From Gracilinanus agilis (lineage: Eukaryota): a stretch of DNA of 33,000 bases. Below are positions 11,067 to 22,935 of this stretch, one piece after another (positions within the stretch are counted from its first letter, which is position 1; each line of letters starts with the position of its first letter). The notes beneath the pieces are model-generated. The model made no database searches and was not told the DNA's origin. It worked only from the letters and a program-made list of their open reading frames with translations. The stretch spans positions 183,516,172-183,549,171 of the forward strand of contig NC_058130.1 in NCBI RefSeq assembly GCF_016433145.1, given 5' to 3'. A program made the position numbers and the translations under genes.

Positions 11067-12119
11067 CTTTCCATATAAAAAGATTTATTCAATTCATTTC
11101 TAGCCCATTCCTCTCAACCACCTCTACCTATAAGTTCCTATCACATACACAAATTGAAACATTGGGGGAAATATCTAGAAAAATACATCTAAATATAACC
11201 CTTTCACTGCTAAAAATCACAATAAGAAGCAGATGTTGCCCTTTATGGGTTATTTTGTTTTCATAAATTACTGACATAAAGTGAGCACAAGATACTAAAT
11301 AAGAAGAGATTACACAGTGGTTCCTGGGAAGAATAGGACACAAGTCAGAGGATAAAATTTAAACCATAATCTTGAAATTTTATAAGTATTTGTCATAGCT
11401 TTATAAGTACTTGTCACAACCTTAATAATACTTAAATGTAGTTTTTTAATGTTAATATAAATTGTTTCCTTAGCCATCAGTATCACAATTTAACCTGCAA
11501 AGATTAGCTGCCAAAATGCATTTAGTCATTTTTTTAAAAAGCAAACTAGTCAGAATCTTATTTCATTGGCTCCTCAATTCTTCATGCAGAGAAAAATTCA
11601 ATTTCAGACCCCAAAATCAATGTATAAACTAATGTCAGCAAGTATTCTTAATAGCTACTAATTTTTTAAAATATATACTTTACAGGATCAAAATCAAGGT
11701 TGACTAAAGGCAAAATCTGGACATTTTATGACAACTTAAAAAAATATCATCGATTTGTAAGTGTCCTTCAGAATTTTTGAGATACTATTATGTGTAATTA
11801 AGCTGTCGAGAGTTTGCTGGGAAAACCCTTCAAAGCAATAAATCTTGGAGCACAATTGCAGCATTCCTTTTATGGAAAACATGCTACTAGAAATTTTCAT
11901 GAAAAAGACCCATCAAGAAAAAAAATTTGGAATACAGTTTTCCTGTTAAGATCTCACTTCCTTACTTTCAAAGATTTTATAATAAATCCTATGTCTCCTG
12001 CCCCTACCTACTCCCAACCCCCTGAGTAGGTCTAATTATCTCTCACAAGGTATCATAAAATTCTTCCCTTGCACTCCAAAAAGTCTATTTTAATTCACAT
12101 TATCTTTCCAAAAACAAAT

Positions 12120-12480
12120 ATAATCATAATAGCTAGCATTTATATAAAACCCTAAGGTTTATAGAACACTTTACATGTTATTTCATTCAATCCTCACAAT
12201 AACCCTATGAGATTATTATCCCCATTTTATAGTTAAAGAAACCAAATCCAGCAATCTGACCCTAGGCAAATCTCTTTGTCTGTTTTTCATCCATAAATGG
12301 GAATAATAGTAACATCTACTTTTCTGAGGATCAATGAGTCAGCAGATGTAAAGGCCCCTGAATGCTAAAGATGATGATGATGGTGGTGGTGGTGATATTA
12401 CTTGCCTACTTAATGTTTTAGGCAGAATCTGAATTTGGATCTTCCTGACTCCAAGTCCAGCATTCTAACCAATCTATCTA
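12120..12480. mobile_element. Composite of MIR fragments with a short (GAT)n(GGT)n run
   Basis: aatcctcacaataaccctatgag...cccattttatag (minus), gaccctaggcaaatc...aaatgggaataatagtaacatctac (plus), tcttcctgactccaagtccagc (minus). Confidence 0.65.
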
Positions 12481-13619
12481 CCTAAAATGTTTTTAGAGGG
12501 CAAAAGTTTGAAACTAAACCTAAAGGCTACTTGTTAGCTGAGTTATCTCCATGGCTCTCATTTTGTATTCTTCACATACTCACACACATAAGCAACTCAA
12601 ACACCACATACTCATAAAAACAGAGCTACCCTAACACATTTTTTATTTGGTTTTGTCTTCCTTTCATTTTTTAAGTACTAGATCTGAGATTCTGAAAAAT
12701 TTTCAAATTATAGAAGACATTTCTTCTTTACATTGCTTTGCTACTTACCCCAAATGTTATAAGTCCAACTGAATCAACTAGCTCATTCTCTCTGCCAACA
12801 TTCAGTCAATTTCCTTTCAGTACTAACATCTCTTGTTCACTCAAGCTTGTCTCCTTATATCAAGACCACCTGCACAGCCAATGTTTTTCCTCCTTGCCTT
12901 TTTAAAAAATCTTCTTAAGAAATGTAAAGCTGATAAAAGAAAATTAATAATGACAGATAGCATTTCTCTCCTGACTCCCAATGCATCATCACATCAAGAC
13001 TAGGGATATCTCAACTTTAAATATAGATATATTCTGAGGTTCCAAGAGCTTAAATTAATTCTAAAGTTCAGAAGTAGTGCTGTTACATCCTAATCCAATC
13101 ATTAAGAGAGACTTAGCCATATTTTCCCCTTGGAGAATGTTTCTGTGATATTTAGAAAGCTCATGGAAGGGGTAAAGAGGGTATGTTCCTCACTTGACAT
13201 AGGGGGGAGTAGGGAATACAATTTTTTTACATTTGTTTTCATTATTTAAAATTCTCATTCATTGTTTTAATTAATTTAGTCCTGGTTTTAGGAGGAAACT
13301 ATTCTGCATGATTTTATATTCCATCTCAGTGTATAAACCAACACATTTGCTCCATTACAAGTAAAATAAATACTTTCTACTAGGTTTCTGAAATACAAAA
13401 GGTTGCTGCCCCTTATTTGAACACAAAGTTGGATATTCAAATTCAAGGACTTGCTTTTCAAGGCACTGAAAAGGGATTTTATATGATGAAATATATACCT
13501 GGCAATAAAGAAGATAGTCCAATTTATCCTTTTATGAATATTTCCCTACTTGAAAAAGTCCAAAACTGAAGACAATGGAGCATAAACTGTTAGCGTAGTA
13601 CATTGTTTTAAAAGCACTG

Positions 13620-14200
13620 CCTTTTTCCAGGCAATTCCCCATCCCCACCATGCCCCACAATATTCTCCCTTTTCATCTATGCCTCTTGGAATCCTCCTTA
13701 CTTAGTTCATCTCAAGGCTCAATTTGTGTCTCCTCCTACAAGAGACTTTTCCTGACATTCCCAAGTTGTTAGGGCTCCTACACTTCCTACATTTCTTTTA
13801 CAATGTTTGCATTTCTAAAGCAGTATAGCACAAAGATTAGAAAGTTAGCCTTGCAGTCAGAAAAACCTGCTGGCCTCTGATACACTATGAGGGTGGCATT
13901 GGGTAATTCAATTAAGTTCTCAGTGCCCAGGTTATTCTCTAAAACAATAAAGTGGAGGACAGTGCCTGATCTGTCTCAATTTGAAGGGATATTTCATCAA
14001 TATCACAGTTCTAGAAGAAATATTTTGCATTTATTTGTCTAGGTACACTTTGTTACCCTACTGATCCCCACCCCAGTAGAATGAAAGGAATTTATACCCT
14101 ATAAAGTACAAACAGCTTAGTTTTTGTCTTTATATTCCCAGTATCTATCATAGTCCCTGGAGCATAAGTTCTTAATAAATATTTGTTGAAGTAAATTGAA
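13620..14200 (+). mobile_element. L2 3' region containing a WALLSI4/MIR3-like SINE (~13830-14010)
   Basis: caaggctcaatttgtgtctcctcctacaagagactttt, then cagtgcccaggttattctctaaaac..., then tttgtctttatattcccagtatctatcatagtccctgg...aataaatatttgttgaa. Confidence 0.65.
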
Positions 14201-14259
14201 TTGATTTTCACTACTTAGTTTAAAAACAATTCCAGATTACATATGAGTGAATATGAATC

Positions 14260-14400
14260 ATAGAGAACTAGAACAAGAAAGAATTTCACAGGTCATCTGG
14301 TTTAAGTCCTTCATTTTTCAGATGAGAAAACCAAGGTATGGAGAAGTAACTTGAAGAGCTAAGATTTGATTCCAAATTTAGCACCCTCTCCTCTATGTAT
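14260..14400 (-). mobile_element. MIR fragment
   Basis: aatcatagagaactagaac...ggtcatctggtt...cttcatttttcagatgagaaaaccaagg. Confidence 0.6.
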
Positions 14401-14659
14401 TGCTAGAAGGGTAAGACTCTGGGATGAGAGGATACTTCCAACATCTACTAGTGGAATTCAATGTTCTTAATATATTCATCAAAAGTTATGTTATGTACAA
14501 GGTTTGGTAAAATCCAGTGCTCACTCAACATGGAGATTACAACTTGACAAAGAAAACATACTAAAATAAGCCACATGAAACTGAATTACAACTAGAGAAA
14601 AACTGTCTTTCTAGTTTCACTCCTTTTTTGATGGAAATGTAAATAAAAACAGCTATATT

Positions 14660-14960
14660 TTCAAACCCTCCATTAATCAATGAAGCAACAAGTTTCAATT
14701 AAATATCTGTGGTCTATCTACTAGGTAGGCACTGAGTTTGAGGCTAAAAAAGGAGTAGAAGGAAGGATTCATAATTGAGGGTAGGAAAGACTACAACCAC
14801 AGGCACAAGGCCCACTATGTAGAAGGTACTATGCTTGCTCCTACAATTCCAACATGGAAAAAAACAGAGTTCCTGACTTCTAGGAAATGACAGTCTGCTA
14901 TGACAATGCAGTAAAGTAAAACAGTAAATTAAAGAAGGGAGCTATCAGGATAGGAGAGCT
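14660..14960 (-). mobile_element. L2 fragment
   Basis: attaatcaatgaagcaacaag...ggtctatctactaggtaggcactgag...agagttcctgacttctaggaaatgacagtct. Confidence 0.6.
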
Positions 14961-15006
14961 TCAAAACCAGTTGTTTCAAAGATTTGGGAGGTGCATCTAT
15001 GTATAC

Positions 15007-15200
15007 CAGTGGTTCCCAAACTTTTTTGGCCTACCGCCCCCTTTCCAGAAAAAATATTACTTAGCCTCCTGGAAATTATTTTTTTTTTAAATTTTAATAG
15101 CAATTAATAGGAAAGATAAATGGACCTGTGGCCATCACCACCTTCCTGGATTGCTGAAGCACCCACCAGGGGGTGGTAGCGCCCACTTTGGGAATCACTG
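15007..15200. mobile_element. Non-autonomous hAT (Charlie-type) MITE, family 1 copy 1
   Basis: TIR cagtggttcccaaa...tttgggaatcactg (14 bp, 1 mismatch), 8-bp TSD atgtatac/atctacac (2 mismatches). Confidence 0.9.
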
Positions 15201-15799
15201 ATCTACACCAAGATCACAGATATAAATACTGTGCAGTTTTATCTGTCAGAGAGGTCCATAGGAAAGAGAAGTTCATTGTGGGCCATCTGTGTGACTTACA
15301 ACTAATAAATAAGACTTTTGTGGAAATGTTTGTTTAGGACCTCAAAATTTAAACTTATGCCATGTGTGCATATGTCTGCCAGGTAAAGTAAAATGTTAAT
15401 GAAATGGACCCTTTTGTGCCTTCCAGGGTCCATCCCATTTCTGTTCTTGTTGTTTTTTTTTTAAGTAATCACTTTTTTTTTGCTTGTACATTGTTTTTAT
15501 CTAAGTCATACTTTAAATCTTCCACCTGAGGCAGAAAAACTCTACTCTTTACATGTTTATAGATCATGGTGTACCCCTCTGGCACAATATATCAACAGCA
15601 ACAACAACCAGAGTTTCAATGATTCTGAGATATAGGAAGTCTGCCTAAAACTATCTCAAAGGAAAGATCTCTGCCTATTCTCAAGAAACCTTTCTGCAGA
15701 CAAACCTATTCTATAAAAATTCAGGGCAGCTAGCATGCCCCAAAGTGCATCAAGTTTGCAAAAGGCTAAAGGTCAAAACAAACCTTTTTATTGCACAAA

Positions 15800-16800
15800 A
15801 AAGGATTATTACACTAACAATTCAAATCAATTCAACAATATGCTATAAGCAACAGGTATACAAAAATAGGGAGAGAAGAGAAATGGTACCATCTCTATTC
15901 ACAAAATGCTTTTAATCTAGTAAAGAGTGGGAGTGGAGGAGTATGGAGATGCAAAAAGTACATAAATCAATATCTCTCACATAAAGGAAGATAGAATGTG
16001 ATTACATAGCTGAGATTTCAAGACAAAGCGCTACATTAAAAGTCAAAAAGAGAGATAGCATTTTTAGCCAGGGTAATCAGAAAAAACTTTAGGAGGAGGG
16101 CAGCTGGGTAGCTCAGTGGATTGAGAGCCAGGCCTAGAGACAGGAGGTCCTAGGTTCAAATCCGGCCTCAGACACTTCCCAGCTGTGTGACCCTGGGCAA
16201 GTCACTTGACCCCCATTGCCTACCCTTACCAATCTTCCACCTATAAATCAATACACAGAAGTTAAGGGTTTAAAATTTAAAAAAAACAACAACAACACTT
16301 TAGGAGATGTCACCTAACCTAGGAACTAAAGTAAAAGAGGAATAAAAAGGTACAAAGATGAGGAGGAAGTGTGGTACAGGCATGGAAAATGGTGTTCATT
16401 AATGAACAGATTTAGAAAATGGAATAAAAATAGCAGTACATTCTGGCTAAAACATAGACGCAAGAAGGGAAAATAATAAGAAAAAAGTTAGAAAGGATAG
16501 GTTTGAGTCATTAGGTAAAGAGAGAAATGCCAGGACAGAGTGTTTGTATTTAATGCTATAGCTGAGAGAGGGCCACTGAAAGTTTTTAAGAAGGAAAATG
16601 ACCTGGTTAGACTATTCATCAGGAAAATTATTTTGGCAAGTAAGAGGAGAACTTGACAAGAACAATGTCATAAAAGCCATGAGAATAGAAAGTATTCAGA
16701 AAAAAGAGGTAGTTACCATTGTCAAAGCCATGGAAAGGTCAAGGAGGAAAGGAACTGATAAAAGGCCAATGGCAATTACTTCCTCATATATACTACAAAA
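15800..16800 (-). mobile_element. L2 fragment interrupted by a young SINE
   Basis: aattcaaatcaattcaacaata...ggagggccactgaaagtttttaag...atgacctggttagact...ggtagttaccattgtcaaagcc. Confidence 0.65.
16096..16296 (+). mobile_element. Young SINE1_Mdo/Mar3-type SINE with a shortened 3' segment
   Basis: gggcagctgggtagctcagtggattgagagccaggcctagag...gtcacttgacccccattgcct, A-rich tail, TSD actttaggag (16086-16095 and 16297-16306). Confidence 0.9.
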
Positions 16801-17559
16801 CCATCATTAGGAAGTTTGGTGTATTTGGTGCTAAAATATAATAGGCACTTTGGAGTTCCCAGGACCTACAAAAATTTAAGGCATTTTTAGTTCTTTATTT
16901 TAAGAACTACAAACTAAATTAGATTAGGACCTTCTTAAAGGACAAAATTTATGTCTTATTCGTCTTGATTTTTGGAAAACTCCTAAAATTTGTTATTAAA
17001 ATATTTTTTAAAAGAAAGAAAATGGTTATTAAATAAATGATCTTTTGCCTAGCCTAATTCATTCAGCTACTTTTCTTCTGCCTTATAACATCAGTTGTTG
17101 TGTTGAGATTCTTGGGGTAGGGATTAGGGGTTTAAACCACAGCACACTTATTCTGAGTAGATAGCAAAGTAGTCTCTGATGATTACAAAATATTAAAGCA
17201 GTGATTAAAAAAAAAAAAAGCACCAAGCAGTCATAATTAAGATATACCCAGAAAATTAGGGAACTGAATTTCCTGTCAAATGCCAGCACCAGAGTAATTT
17301 GGCAGGACATGTTGTTTGCTAACATTAATTCTATTAATAATTCACAATCCACTCAAGTATTATTCAGACAACAAGGGAATTCTAAGTTATAGACTTTCTG
17401 GAATTAAAATGAATTACTTTATATATGTGTGAACTCTTAAACATATACATGTTCCAAAATTGTTCTATATTCCTTTTTTTCTTTAACTCCACTACTGTTT
17501 TAATTACTGTAAGACAACTAATTTGTTTTAATTCCCTAAGAGATTTTTAAAAAATTAAT

Positions 17560-17800
17560 CCTAAAGCATAGTATAATGGAAGGAATAAAAAACCTTGAGA
17601 TAGAAATCTGGGTTAAAGTGTTGTGGTTGTCACCCACAAAAGATTCATAAACTGAAGCTCATCACCTAACTTCCAACAGCTTTTGTTAACTCTTACTACC
17701 TAACTCACAGGATGTAGTGAAGATCAAGTGAGATAATATATGAATCCTTAAAGGGTAATATAAATTTCAGCTAGTGGTAGCAAAAATAGTAGCAACAACA
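17560..17800 (+). mobile_element. MIR fragment
   Basis: aaagcatagtataatggaagg...ctacctaactcacaggatgtagtgaagatcaagtgagataatatatg. Confidence 0.6.
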
Positions 17801-17867
17801 AATATTTTGTTTGGTCTCACAATGCAAAATATGGCACATGTTTTCAGTTGGATCCTGTGAGCATTTA

Positions 17868-18787
17868 TTTTTTAATTTATTTTTATTTTATTGATTAATT
17901 ATGAAAAATTTTCCATGGTTAAATGATTCATATTCTCCCCTCCCATTGCCAATCTGCAATTCCACTGGGTTTTACATGTATTATCGATCAAGACCTATTT
18001 CCATATTATTGATATTTGCACTAGGGTGATTGTTTAGAGCAGTGGTTCCCAAACTTTTTTGGCCTACTGCCCCCTTTCCAGAAAAAATATTACTTAGGCC
18101 CCTGGAAATTAATTTTTTTTATTTTAATAGCAATTAATAGGAAAGATAAATGCACCTATGGCCATCACCACCTTCCTGGATCGCTGCAGCACCCACCAGG
18201 GGGCGGTAGCGTCCACTTTGGGAATCACTGGTTTAGAGTCTACATCCCCAATCATATCCCCATCGACCCATGTGGTCAAGCAGTTGTTTTTCTTCTGCAT
18301 TTCTGCTCCTACAGTTCTTTCTCTGGATATGGATAGCATTCTTTCTCATTAAGTCCCTCAAAAATGTTTTAGACCATTGCATTGCTGCTAGTGGAGAAGT
18401 CCATTACAATAGATTGTGCCACAGTGTATCCATCTCTGTGTATATGGTTCTCCTGGTTCTGCTCCTTTCACTCTGCAACAATTCCTGGAGGTCGTTCCAG
18501 TTCACATGGAATTACTCCAGTTCATTATTCCTTTGAGCACAATAGTATTCCATTACCAGCAGATACCACAATTTGTTTAACCATTCCCCAATCGAAGGGC
18601 ATCCCTTTCTTTTCCAATTTTTTGCCACCACAAAGAGTGTGGCTATAAATATTTTTGTGCATGCCTTTTTCCCTATTGTCTCTTTGGGGTACAAACCCAG
18701 CAGTAGTATGGTTGGATCAAAGGGTAGGCAGTCTTTTAAAGCCCTTTGGGCATAGTTCCAAATTGCCCTCCAGAATGGTTGTATCAG
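17868..18787 (-). mobile_element. 5'-truncated young L1 (ORF2 C-terminus, 3' UTR, poly-A)
   Basis: ORF 18512-18799 IQPFWRAIWNYAQRALK...CPSIGEWLNKLWY is L1 ORF2. Perfect 15-bp TSD tcctgtgagcattta (17853-17867 and 18788-18802). Confidence 0.95.
18040..18230. mobile_element. hAT MITE, family 1 copy 2, inserted in the L1 3' UTR
   Basis: Same TIRs as 15007-15200, perfect 8-bp TSD gtttagag (18032-18039 and 18231-18238). Confidence 0.95.
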
Positions 18788-19020
18788 TCCTGTGAGCATT
18801 TAAATTACTACCTGAAAATAATCTATAAAAGTGACTGTTTTTGTTAACAGTGAAGGAGTTTAGAAAAGACTACTACACTGGTTTCCAAAAGATGCCTTCT
18901 TTCCAAAAGGGCTCATTCCAGGAAAAGCACTGAGGTAAATGTAGATCAGGTGGAGGAAAAAAATCAGGGTAAGAACACAATGAATTTAGAGACAGAAAAG
19001 GTCTTAGAGATCATCTAACC

Positions 19021-19244
19021 CAGGGGGCGGCAACTTATGGCTCTCGAGCCACATCTAGCTCTTTTGAGGGCCAGATATGGCTCTTTCTGCAGGAGCCATA
19101 AGGTCAATTTTTTTTCAGGCGCTGTTACAGGAGCGTGCACTGTACAGGAGCATGTACTGTGAGCACTGTACGGCTCTCACAAAATTACATTTTAAAAAAT
19201 GTGGCGTTTATGGCTCTCATGGCCAAAAAGGTTGCCAACCCCTG
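19021..19244. mobile_element. hAT MITE, family 2
   Basis: TIR cagggggcggcaac...gttgccaacccctg. The flank atctaacc is repeated on both sides with a 1-nt offset. Several CpGs retained. Confidence 0.88.
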
Positions 19245-19252
19245 GATCTAAC

Positions 19253-19490
19253 CAATTGGTTCTCAAAAGGTGATATAAAGAACTCTGGGGTCCCTGAGGC
19301 TCTTTCAAGGAGTCCACAAAAATCAAAACTATTTTCATAATAAAACTAAGATGGTTTCATTTCCAATGTGGTAAATATTGATTGATATTAGCCCAAGTAA
19401 ACAAATTCTTTGGGTCGAAGGAAAAAGGGTTTCTCAATGATTTTTAAGAGTATAAAAGGGTTCTGAAACCAAAAAATCTGAGAACCTCTG
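19253..19490. mobile_element. Ancient hAT-Charlie non-autonomous element
   Basis: Decayed termini caattggttctcaaa...tctgagaacctctg. Internal gggtccctgaggctctttcaaggagtccac...caaaactattttcataata resembles old mammalian Charlie consensus text from memory. Confidence 0.6.
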
Positions 19491-20039
19491 AATTAATCCA
19501 ACATCACCTTTTATAGAAAGATACACAGTTTGGTATAAGAAACACAGTTAATTAGGTAAAGCAGGATTTGAACAAGGAAGGTCAAAAAGTAAGTAGGAAA
19601 GTCAAAATTTGAACCAGTTCTATGACTCTAGCTCTAATACTTTCCATTAAACTACTCTGAACAACTCCTTTGCCTGGAAATTAACATTTTAAAAATATGT
19701 TTAGCACTAGCAAGTTTGTCAACAGTAAAAGGCACAGCAGTAAAATGCAAATATCCTATATAACCAACACAACTGGTTAAATTAAGCATCCTAACAACTG
19801 GTAAAGAGGTACCTTCAAAGTGTTTAGCACAGTACCTGACACATAGTAGGTGCTATGTAAATGCTAGATGATATTATTACTATCTGAGGCACTCAGTTCT
19901 GAGCCACAAGTGAAATATCATAATCATCTTCCAACAAAAATGCTAAAATATGCAAATAAATCTGTGATCTCAGTCCTCAACTGGAAGATCCCTAAGCAAA
20001 TGAGATATGAGCCCATCCATGCCGATTCATCCTATGCAA

Positions 20040-20350
20040 CTCTTGTCCATGCTTTACCATAAGTTCACCCAGGGAGTCCATGCAAAGTAATGGACATCTA
20101 TCCTTACTTTCTCCTGACATCAAAAGCACCTATGGAGCACTCTTATCATATAGCTATCACCCTTTGCTTCTGCCATATAACTAATTCAATCTTTCTTATT
20201 ATCTATTTCCTGATGACATCTTTTACTCTTATTTTTCTTCTTCCTCATTAGCTATATATTACAGCCTACTCATATTCACCATGTATTTGTTCCATGGCCC
20301 TCTTTGTGATATTCATTTTCAATTCTATAGATATTGTTGAGTCCCATGTT
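20040..20350 (-). mobile_element. RTE LINE 3' fragment
   Basis: tccatgcaaagtaatggacatc...tttgcttctgccatataactaattcaatctttc resembles antisense RTE 3' ORF text. Confidence 0.5.
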
Positions 20351-20589
20351 TTATAGCACTACAGAAACACTGGCAAAATGTTGATATTAAGAGAATAAAC
20401 CTGTGTTTCCAGAGGAAGCTTGAAGACTTTAAATTTTTATTAAGGTGATCAAATCTGTTCTCTTTTTGTTCAATTCTGGACCCAATTCACTGTCCATTTG
20501 AATTGGTTGATCCCGATATACACATTGATAGACAAACTCAATAGATAATATATCCAAAAACATGTTAAGAATATGTTCAACAGATATTC

Positions 20590-20760
20590 TTTATCTAACT
20601 AGGGTTTCCCCTTCCCTTTTTAAAGATGAGGAAACTGAGGCAGACAGCAGTGGAGTAGCTTGCCAAGGTCAACCAGTTAGTGTCTGAAGCAGAATTTGAA
20701 CCCAAGTCATCCTGATTCCAAGCCCTGGACTCTAAACATTGTACTATCTAGCATCCAGGA
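20590..20760 (-). mobile_element. MIR/Mar1-type SINE
   Basis: aaagatgaggaaactgaggcagac...ttgccaaggtc...gtctgaagcagaatttgaacccaagtc. Confidence 0.7.
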
Positions 20761-21914
20761 TAATTGCTCCAGTATAATATTCTTCTTCCTGAGTACACTG
20801 ACAAGGTTTCAAATGCAAGGCATCATTTCTCAGCAATATATCTCGGCCCTGTAGAACTGATTATAAATGACCACCCCAAAGGAGGTCTTATTTTCCTTTT
20901 AATACAATTTATACCTTTGTTATATACCTCCAAGGGCAGTCTAATCTCATCATGTACTGCTTCATTCATTCTATGGTTGGTGTTTAAGAAAAAAACAAAC
21001 TTCCTCTGGGGCAAAGTGCCACTTTCTCTGTTATTTTTCATCATAATGATTTGTTTTCAAGCAAGATCCTCAAGTACCAAGTGTAAGATTTCTAAATATG
21101 TTTAGATATCATGTACAATTTCGACCTTAATTTTTAATGCTATCCTATATCTTCTCTTTATACACCACATTTTTTCCTCAGTCAAATGCCAAAATCAGTT
21201 GCTGCACTTTTTAGACCTGTTGGCAAAAGTTGTTTTATGTTTTATATTCATTTCCCAAATAAATTACCCTTTAAACCACTCTGCCCCATTCTAAGAGCTC
21301 CCCATTTTCTTATTCTCTATCTAGTTAGTCATGGAATGTTCAAATTGGCTTATTTAAAAATTTGTTTTTAATATGGATGATATTTCAGCCCTGGCTACAG
21401 ACCACTGGTCTGAAAATCATTAATGAAAATGGAGATGGTTTAGGAAACTAAAATCTCATCTAGTATATGTTAATCAAGATGAAATTTATTTATAGCATGG
21501 TATGTTATAGCCCTAGACACCAAATTGGATCAAAGCTAAAAACTTTGGGGACTGAAGATTGAACCTAATACTATAGAACTGTAACAGAAGTCACTTCCCT
21601 ATCTTAGGGATGCCCGGGGCCCTGAGATAATAGATTTCCAACTTTAACCAGAACAAAATTCACATTGTTTCCTATTTCTGGCCCATAGTAGTTTGGGCAA
21701 GCCACTAAGTCTTCCCTTTAGGCCTCACTTGACTTTAAAACAAGGATGAACTAGACTACTTTTAAGGTCCCTTAGCGTTTTATATCTATGGCCCCATAAT
21801 CCTGACCTTCCCCTGAGATGCTGAAACCTGAACAATCCCAGGACTTGTAAACCTATGAAAAGCAGTTCAGCTAAAGGCTAAAAACCAAGATCAAAAGTTC
21901 TTGACTTAAAATGC

Positions 21915-22084
21915 TTGAACTTGTTATTTTAATATTCTTATAACTACATTTCATTATAATTGGTTTCATTTATAATCCTCTGTATTTTATTGTATGCATT
22001 TCAAAACATAATTCTGAGGAGGTCTATAGGCTTTGCCAGCCTGCCAAATGGATCAATGACATAAAAAAGGTTAAGAATTTCAAG
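21915..22084. mobile_element. Ancient hAT-Charlie end fragment
   Basis: tgcatttcaaaacataattctgagga...ggctttgccagcctgccaaa...aaaaaaggttaagaatttcaag followed by tctaga, a preferred Charlie target. Confidence 0.55.
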
Positions 22085-22432
22085 TCTAGATAAAATTAAG
22101 TTTCCTATAGTGAATGGTAATTTGAGGGATGGGAAAAATTCAAAAGGGAAGGCTAACCCCTCAAACAGGAATTATACAACCTCTGCTGTTAACCACTAAC
22201 TTTCCCTTCTTAATGCCCTCATATGGCCCCATCAATACATCTATATAATCTCTCTTGGCCTCTCTGTTTCTATGTCTCTTTCCCTATCTCCAAGCATTAA
22301 TTATCTGTAGCACTTACTTGGCCCATTGTTTATATTGTGAAGGCCCTTTTACTGTGAATTAATGTATTATGTCTACCTAATTGAGAACAAAGGGAACATC
22401 TTCTGTCCCTTCTTTGTATCCCCAGAGTTTCT

Positions 22433-22648
22433 TTCTTTCTTTCTTTCTTTTTTTAAACCCTTACCTTCCATCTTGGAGTCAATACTATGTATTGGCTCCA
22501 AGGCAGAAGAGTGGTAAGGGCTAGGCAATGGGGGTCAAGTGACTTGCCCAGGGTCACACAGCTGGGAAGTGTCTGAGGTCACATTTGAACCTAGGACCTC
22601 CCATCTCTAGGCCTGGTTCTCAATCCACTGAGCTACCCAGCTGCCCCC
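22433..22648 (-). mobile_element. Young SINE1_Mdo/Mar3-type SINE inserted in an L2 end
   Basis: Full antisense SINE, (TTTC)n tail, perfect 14-bp TSD tccccagagtttct (22419-22432 and 22649-22662). Confidence 0.93.
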
Positions 22649-22669
22649 TCCCCAGAGTTTCTTGACTAG

Positions 22670-22935
22670 AGTAAGTAGCACAATGTATAGAGCTGGAGTC
22701 AGGACCGAGTTCAATTCAGACTCCAATACTAACTAGCTTTGCTATTTTAGGCAAGTCACTTAAACCAATGCTTGCCTCAGTTTCTTCATCTATCAAATGG
22801 GGATAATAAGAGAACCTACCTAGCTCTCAAAGTTGTTGTGAAGATCAAATGAGATAATTGTAAAGCATTTAGCACAGTGCCTAGCACACAGTTAAAGGTG
22901 ATATAAATGTTGGATAATAAATGTTAGCTATTATT
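22670..22935 (+). mobile_element. Near full-length MIR
   Basis: ggcaagtcacttaa...cctcagtttcttcatctatcaaatggggataata...gttgttgtgaagatcaaatgagataattgtaaagcatttagcacagtgcctagcac. Confidence 0.85.

Larger units (their letters stand above)
18978..19640 (-). mobile_element. MIR/CORE-SINE host of two hAT insertions
   Basis: gaaaaggtcttagagatcatctaacc before 19021 resumes as aattaatccaac...ttttatag...gcaggatttgaac after 19490. Confidence 0.55.

Noticed and set aside
16096-16200. tRNA-like A and B boxes (tagctcagtgg, ggttcaaatcc) here and in the other SINE heads
   Set aside because: These are SINE internal Pol III promoters followed by the CORE domain, not tRNA genes.
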